64,000 nt of DNA. Source: an uncultured Desulfarculus sp. (GTDB lineage Bacteria > Desulfobacterota > Desulfarculia > Desulfarculales > Desulfarculaceae). The stretch covers positions 64,001 through 128,000 of the forward strand of contig CAXXUK010000001.1 in assembly GCA_963665125.2 (NCBI GenBank). The letters run 5' to 3'. The translations under genes and the position numbers were made by a program. The notes beneath the pieces were generated by a model, which saw nothing but the letters and a program-made list of their open reading frames with translations, was not told where the DNA came from and ran no database searches. This document shows, piece by piece, positions 58,412-64,000 of this stretch (its first letter is position 1; the number at the start of each line of letters is the position of its first letter).

Positions 58412-59338
58412 TCAGCTTGGCAGAGCCAATACTTCACCGCCGATGGTCTGCAAGCGGTGGACCGACTCAGCAGGCAAGGCATTGTACTGAGCAGCCTTTG
58501 TGTACGCATTGGCGATCTGCCATATGGTGCTGCCCGGTTCAAAAGCCCATCCCCATTCAACTGCCTGCTGCTCCATTTCAGACAGCAGGAATCGACGGTT
58601 GATTGACTCCATGGTCTTACCTGGCTCCTAGACGGGGGTTTCCATGGAGATCCTGATGCGGCTGCTCTGAATGCTGGCTTCGCTACGAACCGATGAAATC
58701 GTTTCGGGCAGGCACTCCAAAGCCTTTTGGGAAATATGACGGTATGACGATGAGGTTTTGCTCCGGGTGACCATCCCGTTGGTGCATACCAGACGCAGGA
58801 AGAATGCCTCGATCTTCAGCGATGCCAAGCCGACTTCGCTGTTGGAAATGGATATTCCCGGCGATAGTTCATCGCCGAGTATCTTGACGCTTCGCGGGTC
58901 GGGGATGTTCAGGCTCATGAACTGGCTGTCCAGGCTGACATGCACCATGGTGGCTTCGCCATAGCCAAGCTGCATCAGCGCATCAAGGACATGGTGATTG
59001 TCAATTGGCTTGTAGCGCGGAGTGAAGATGGCCCTTACATTGTTGCCGTCAAACCTAAAGAACAACTCATCCTGAGGCTCATCCTGAAGCCAGTGGGCCA
59101 ACTGCTGGGCCTGTAAACCCTCCGGGCAGCGCCTGAGGTAGTTGAATGGGATGCCCAGACGGTTGGATATGGAACGCTGTGCGATTTGTTCCAGAGGATG
59201 AACCTGATCACCGATGCGGACGGCATCCAGACTTTCAAATTTGAGGTCATTCACCGGCACATGACGGTCATGACGGTGATGACGATGCTTCTCATGTACC
59301 TCGTGTGACAAGGCACCGAGGGTGGTGGACAAAGGCAT
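58412..59338 (-). pseudogene. DUF932-like protein with an in-frame TAG at 58628-58630
   Basis: PGISISNSEVG, RLVCTNGM; the frame continues past TAG through TIWQIANAYTKAAQ. Confidence 0.7.
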
Positions 59339-59400
59339 AGTTGTCTCCTTGATTTATCTCAATTTGGATATTGGGGAATTGATGAAGGAAGGGCTGAAGA

Positions 59401-59601
59401 TTACCGACGGAGCAATCTGAGGGCGATTGCCGCCAAAATTCGCATGGTTTTACCCAAGACAGTTCTGGTGGTTTCGATCAAAATTGGGAAGGTAGATTTG
59501 ATTGCGGATATGATGATCTGCAAGAGGCCTTCCCGGATGGTCTCTTTGAACGATCGCTTTGATTTCCTGATAGGCATACTCAGGGTCAGATGGTTTTCCA
59601 T
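59401..59601 (-). CDS. Small hypothetical protein
   Basis: AGGAGA SD, 66 aa. Confidence 0.45.
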   Translation of the reverse strand: MENHLTLSMPIRKSKRSFKETIREGLLQIIISAIKSTFPILIETTRTVLGKTMRILAAIALRLLRR

Positions 59602-59806
59602 GTTTTTCTCCTGAAATTTAAGGGGTAAATAGATTTCAGGATTTAATATATATAGTTAAATTAATTGGTTGGGTGGATGGGATGGCTGGGCTGAAAGTTG
59701 CTTAGCATAACCTTTAGTTGCATGGGTGGCAGTTGATTACGCCATGTAGATGCTCCCTGAATATTAAGCCAGGGCTTATTATCAATGAACATCCAACACC
59801 AGCAAC

Positions 59807-59918
59807 ATGCATCGATCCGTATTCGAATACATTGGAGTTGACTACAACCGAACCAGGAGGCACAGTGCCAATGGCTACATCAGCCCTCTGGCGTTTAAAA
59901 ATAAAATTGCCGCGTTAA
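59807..59918 (+). mobile_element. Remnant of a second IS3 orfB C-terminus
   Basis: Translates as RSVFEYIGVDYNRTRRHSANGYISPLAF. Confidence 0.75.
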
Positions 59919-59952
59919 AACTTTTTCCTGTTTGGGATTGGTTCCATCGAGC

Positions 59953-61593
59953 TTAAGACTTCCCCGCCAAGCCGTATTTCTTGAGTTTACGGTACAGCGT
60001 TGCTGAACCAATCCCGAGCTGTTCTGCAGATCGTGTCTGGTTCCCGCTGTTCAGTTCCATCACCGCAAGGATGTATTCCTTTTCCACATCCCTGAGCGGT
60101 TGGACATTAATTCCGTCAACGACCACTGGTTTGGGGAACGCCTGGCGAATTTCTTCTGGCAGGTCTTCGAAGTCCACGCGATTGCCGCGCGCAAGAGCCA
60201 CGGCTCGCTCCATTGCGTTTTCCAGTTCCCGCACGTTGCCTGGCCATTCGTAGCGAAGGAGTTGATCTGCGGTGCGCGGCGTAAGGGCCGTTATTTTGCG
60301 CCCCATCCGCACAGCGGCATCCGCCAAAAGCACCCGCGCCAGCGGCAAAATGTCCTCCCTTCGATCGCGGAGGGGCGGCACCACGAGTTCGACAACCTTG
60401 AGCCGGTAGTAAAGGTCCTGACGAAAGGCGTTGTCCGCCACACCGTGAGCCAAATCGCGGTTTGTCGCGGCGAGAACCCGAACATCAACTGGTCTACTTA
60501 TGCTTTCCCCCACCCTGCGGATTTCCTGTTCCTGGAGTACACGCAGGAGTTTGACCTGCATCCCCGGCGATATTTCACCGATTTCGTCCAGCAGCAGAGT
60601 CCCATGATTGGCAGACTCGAACAAGCCTTGCCGATCCGATGATGCGTCGGTGAATGCGCCGCGTTTGTGTCCGAAAAGCTCACTTTCAAAAAGCGTCTCG
60701 GTGATCGCGCCGCAGTTTACCGCAATGAAAGGCCCTGCTGCGCGCGTCGATTCGTCGTGAATGAGGCGGGCGATCCGTTCCTTGCCCACTCCGCTCTCTC
60801 CGGTAATGAGCACTGTGGCATCAACCTTGGCCACCCTTTGAGCCAGTTCCACAACCCGCCGCATTTTGGGGCTCTTGGCGATGATCCCCAAGGGCTCATT
60901 AATATCGCGTGTCAAGCCCACCAGCACCTTTTTATGGGCCTGGATTTTTTGCTCAGCGGCTTTCAAAGTTTCCGTGACTCTGCTCAGCGATACGTCGAGG
61001 CACTCCTTGAGGCGCCCAGAGTCGAAGAACGCAAGGTCCTCGGCTCGTTCCTTTCCCCACTCTTCGCGTGTACGTCCCAGAAAGTGACATGCTGCATGGC
61101 CATTGCCAAGGCAGCGGTCCTCAAGAATGTAAATCTCCTTGCCCGTGGTGCGGCTGATGTATCCGCTCATCAATCCGCAAATTGTCCAGCACACGGGTGA
61201 ATCGGATCGTCCGAAGTGCAATAGATGCTGCTCCGCCTCATAGGAGGCAAGCACCATGGAGCCTTTCTTGGTTAGCGGATCATCACTTCCTGGTTGGACG
61301 CGAAAAAGCCCTCCCAAGGTATGGATGTGGGGTCCCGCGCGTCGCCATTCGTCGTCATTGGTCCACACGAATTCCTTTTTCATGGCTTCAGCCATACGCC
61401 ATCCGTGGGCAAAACCAAACTGGGTCAGAACAGCTCGGGCTGCGGTCAGGCCAAAGTTGGCAACCAAATATTGACGCAAAATTCCCATGGCCACCGCATC
61501 AAGCAGGAGCGCACGCTGGCCCGCAAACCGAATCATCCCCCCCTCGGGGTCCAACTCCAGAATTTCCTTGTGGTGCAGGTCTTCCGCTCGCAT
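59953..61593 (-). CDS. XylR/DmpR-type sigma54 activator (XylR_N-V4R-AAA+-HTH)
   Basis: G.IRFAGQRALL, PVCW, C...G...C, GESGVGKE, GAFTDA, WPGNVREL. Confidence 0.93.
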   Translation of the reverse strand: MRAEDLHHKEILELDPEGGMIRFAGQRALLLDAVAMGILRQYLVANFGLTAARAVLTQFGFAHGWRMAEAMKKEFVWTNDDEWRRAGPHIHTLGGLFRVQPGSDDPLTKKGSMVLASYEAEQHLLHFGRSDSPVCWTICGLMSGYISRTTGKEIYILEDRCLGNGHAACHFLGRTREEWGKERAEDLAFFDSGRLKECLDVSLSRVTETLKAAEQKIQAHKKVLVGLTRDINEPLGIIAKSPKMRRVVELAQRVAKVDATVLITGESGVGKERIARLIHDESTRAAGPFIAVNCGAITETLFESELFGHKRGAFTDASSDRQGLFESANHGTLLLDEIGEISPGMQVKLLRVLQEQEIRRVGESISRPVDVRVLAATNRDLAHGVADNAFRQDLYYRLKVVELVVPPLRDRREDILPLARVLLADAAVRMGRKITALTPRTADQLLRYEWPGNVRELENAMERAVALARGNRVDFEDLPEEIRQAFPKPVVVDGINVQPLRDVEKEYILAVMELNSGNQTRSAEQLGIGSATLYRKLKKYGLAGKS

Positions 61594-61604
61594 CGAGCAC
61601 CTCC

Positions 61605-61636
61605 ATCATATTGAACTAAGTGTACATCACTTTGAT
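61605..61636. promoter_or_regulatory. Putative tandem UAS for the XylR-type activator
   Basis: ATCATATTGAA and ATCACTTTGAT, 21 bp apart. Confidence 0.45.
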
Positions 61637-61703
61637 TGGTTTTAACAGCCCAATGATTGCAGCTGATATGCGTAACAGTCTGTTAAAACTAGTTAATTTA
61701 TTT

Positions 61704-61719
61704 TGGCATATTATTTGCT
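61704..61719 (+). promoter_or_regulatory. sigma54 promoter
   Basis: TGGCATATTATTTGCT, GG-N10-GC, divergent from the activator gene. Confidence 0.8.
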
Positions 61720-61911
61720 TTTACTAAGTGTGACCTAAAAGACCCGTTCCACGATCTTTAGGACGATTACAGCGGTAGGTTGAGAGGAGTTGGGGCTCTG
61801 GATTTCATAAAGGCGCTTCGAGCGCGGTCAACGGGAGTCGTCTCCAGAAAGAAGCCTTAATCTTTTATTTTCCCATAAACACCATCGACTCAAAGTATCG
61901 GAGAAGAATGA

Positions 61912-62154
61912 ATGAAAAAAGAAGTAGCACCCACAAAGGCTGGCCAGGAATACGCGGTAGCGCATGCCGTCCAATACAAGGCCAAGAACCTGAAAGAGGC
62001 ACTCGGCCTTTACGAAGGCGTTATGACCGCGCACCCGGACGCCCCGGAGTTTGGGTATTCGCGAAGCCAAATTCAGAATATCGCCAAGAGCGTGGTCCCG
62101 CAGCAGGAGCTTCTGGACGCCGAACTGGCCATAGCGCGTGCACACCTCGAATAA
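61912..62154 (+). CDS. Small helical hypothetical protein (single TPR-like unit)
   Basis: A..LY..V...HPD..E..Y pattern; downstream of the sigma54 promoter. Confidence 0.65.
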   Translation: MKKEVAPTKAGQEYAVAHAVQYKAKNLKEALGLYEGVMTAHPDAPEFGYSRSQIQNIAKSVVPQQELLDAELAIARAHLE

Positions 62155-62256
62155 TGCGGACCACCAGTCGTGTCCGGAGTGTCTGGACACGACCGAGCTA
62201 ACGATACATATCTGCGTATTTGCGCGCCCGATAATCATAGGGTGGCAGGTGAAAAA

Positions 62257-63357
62257 ATGACAAAAATCGTTCTGATCCCCCAAACCTATCTGGCCCGCGA
62301 CATCTCGGTCACGTTGTCCCATTGTTTTGAAGAAGTCCATGTGCTCAGGCCCCCAGACATCTCCCCGGAATCGATGAGTGGTGAGGGGAAGCTGCCTGAC
62401 ATGTTTAAGATCCTGGAAGTTTCGGGCAACGATGGAAATTTTGGCCTGCAAGCAGGCATGTTGCAAGATTTGATGCATCGGTGGGATGAGTTTATCGCCA
62501 GTCAGCGCGGCTCCGGCAATCTGGAAACCATCAAGGCGGGCGTCAGGCCGCAGCAGCCCGACCAGGAGACCACCAGGGCGATCATGCATCGAATCGTTGG
62601 CGGCGCGCAGGCAGAGGGCAAACAGCAGGAGCCACCTTCGGCCTCCCCGGCCCTGCTGCTGAAACTGGCCCATTTCATGGATCATGAGGCGGCCGATTTG
62701 CGCTCAATTGCCGGTAGCATTGATTCTAAACAAGAACAACTCACTCACTTGTTTGGCCAGAACCCTGACGGAGAACAACCGCCCGAGTTTCAGATGGTTC
62801 ATCCCACTCTTGTCGGTTCCATGGGACTGGAAATGGAAGATGAAGCTCTGGCTTCATACCGGCTAAAGGCCTGGGTCAGCCTGGCCCCCTTTGAAAAAAT
62901 CAAGACCCTGACGCCCCTGACCTTGAGCCCTCGGGCGGCCGTACTGCTCTTGGAACGGGCCAACATCTTTCTGGGCGGTAAGCCGATACGTTCGGCCGCC
63001 GGAGTGCAAAGCCTCCTCTGGCCTCCAGTCTCTTTGTCAACGGCAGGCTCCTCTCTGGCCCGGGAAGCGCTGAGGCTGAGGCTCCCTTTGCCGGAAGAGA
63101 CGCCGGAGTTCAAAAAGGCCCTGGGGCTGCTGGTGGAAGCCATTGGGGAAGCTCCCCTGTCCACCGATCTCCTGAAACACCTCCAAGAAATTGGTGGGGC
63201 TTGGCTTGAGCATGGCGGATCCCAAAAGACGGGTGGACGCATGGGCCTCATGGCCTTTCCCGGCTACAGCATGGCTGGTTTGCTGAAACTGATGAAGGGC
63301 CAGGCTACGGAACCGGAAGCCCCCGGGTCAAGCTGCCCCCTTTGGGTGCTTTGGTGA
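62257..63357 (+). CDS. Hypothetical protein (366 aa)
   Basis: Long ORF with no recognised motif. Confidence 0.65.
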   Translation: MTKIVLIPQTYLARDISVTLSHCFEEVHVLRPPDISPESMSGEGKLPDMFKILEVSGNDGNFGLQAGMLQDLMHRWDEFIASQRGSGNLETIKAGVRPQQPDQETTRAIMHRIVGGAQAEGKQQEPPSASPALLLKLAHFMDHEAADLRSIAGSIDSKQEQLTHLFGQNPDGEQPPEFQMVHPTLVGSMGLEMEDEALASYRLKAWVSLAPFEKIKTLTPLTLSPRAAVLLLERANIFLGGKPIRSAAGVQSLLWPPVSLSTAGSSLAREALRLRLPLPEETPEFKKALGLLVEAIGEAPLSTDLLKHLQEIGGAWLEHGGSQKTGGRMGLMAFPGYSMAGLLKLMKGQATEPEAPGSSCPLWVLW

Positions 63358-63367
63358 GATTGGCAGG

Positions 63368-64000
63368 ATGATGATAACTCTGCGCAGAAAAAATGAACGA
63401 CACCATGTGCAACATGGCAAACAGGACACATGGATGACGTTCTATCCCAAGGAGTGCAAAGCGCCCGCGCCTGATGGGTTTGGGGCTCTGGTGTCTCTGG
63501 ATGAGACGGTGCTGCCCGCCGGGGAAATTTCTGCACAGGTTAAGGGTACGGGAGCCGAAATACTCAGCTACGTGTACAGGGGAGCGCTGGCGCAAGAGGA
63601 TTCGGACGGCAACTCCGGAGTCGTTCATTCGGGGGAGTTTCAGTACATGATTGTCGGCAATGGGGTGCGCCTCAAGGAGAAGAATCCCTCCCGCACCACC
63701 GGCACGCATCTTTTCCGAATTTTTCTGAGACCGTCCGTGATGGGCCTCGATTCAGTTCGAGAGCAAATGCGCTTTCCGGTGGCGATTCGCCACAACCGGC
63801 TTTGCGTAATAGCGTCTCCGGACGGGCGCAAGAACTCATTTAAGATCCTCCAGGACGCATTGATCTACTCGAGCATATTCGATCCAGGACATCACCTTGT
63901 CCATGAGTTGTTGCCGGGGCGGGTGGCTTGGGTCCAAGTCATACACGGCGGGGCGATTTTTAAAGAGATCATTTTGACCGAAGGCGATGGCGTAGGCCTA
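63368..64000 (+). CDS. Pirin-like (YhhW-type bicupin) protein, runs off the window; absent from the ORF track
   Basis: MITLRR..ER, FGAL, EILSYVYRGALAQEDS.GN, GEFQYM..G.GV, IASPDGR, EGDG. Confidence 0.85.
   Translation, partial: MMITLRRKNERHHVQHGKQDTWMTFYPKECKAPAPDGFGALVSLDETVLPAGEISAQVKGTGAEILSYVYRGALAQEDSDGNSGVVHSGEFQYMIVGNGVRLKEKNPSRTTGTHLFRIFLRPSVMGLDSVREQMRFPVAIRHNRLCVIASPDGRKNSFKILQDALIYSSIFDPGHHLVHELLPGRVAWVQVIHGGAIFKEIILTEGDGVGL

Larger units (their letters stand above)
54896..64000. mobile_element. Decayed tRNA-Arg-anchored genomic island (right boundary not located)
   Basis: Drop in GC, excisionase-like HTH, integrase fragment, IS3, DUF932, pseudogenes. Confidence 0.7.

Noticed and set aside
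54896..64000. Intact prophage or defence system
   Set aside because: No structural, replication or recognisable defence genes, and the integrase is truncated.

Overview
High-GC chromosome segment of a sulfate-reducing deltaproteobacterium (Desulfobacterota; Desulfarculaceae-like is a guess). All calls come from motif and family recognition, with no searches run. Contents in order: Zn-ADH, extended SDR, PAS kinase and sigma54 regulator, an orphan sigma54-driven cheW; a TetR-led beta-oxidation operon whose acyl-CoA ligase is frameshifted; SLT-domain, YyaL and cytochrome P460 genes; rne; the core APS-reduction locus aprBA-qmoAB followed by hdrC/hdrB instead of qmoC; a four-gene cluster (GT4, methyltransferase, (alpha/alpha)6 hydrolase-like, second methyltransferase) closely resembling the mycobacterial 3-O-methylmannose polysaccharide (MMP) genes manT/orfD/mmpH/meT1; a B12 radical SAM; sfsA, truD, trmB; a Tat-exported sulfatase; a 2-oxoacid oxidoreductase; tandem metallopeptidase lipoproteins; divergent L- and D-lactate dehydrogenase pairs; tRNA-Arg(CCG). 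After the tRNA lies a decayed integrative island with IS3, a truncated integrase, an amber-split DUF932 gene, and a XylR-type regulator with a sigma54 operon ending in a metal-less pirin. Best leads: the MMP-like cluster, qmoAB-hdrCB, a highly structured aprB leader, a covarying multi-hairpin repeat found twice, and a small Cys/His repeat protein.
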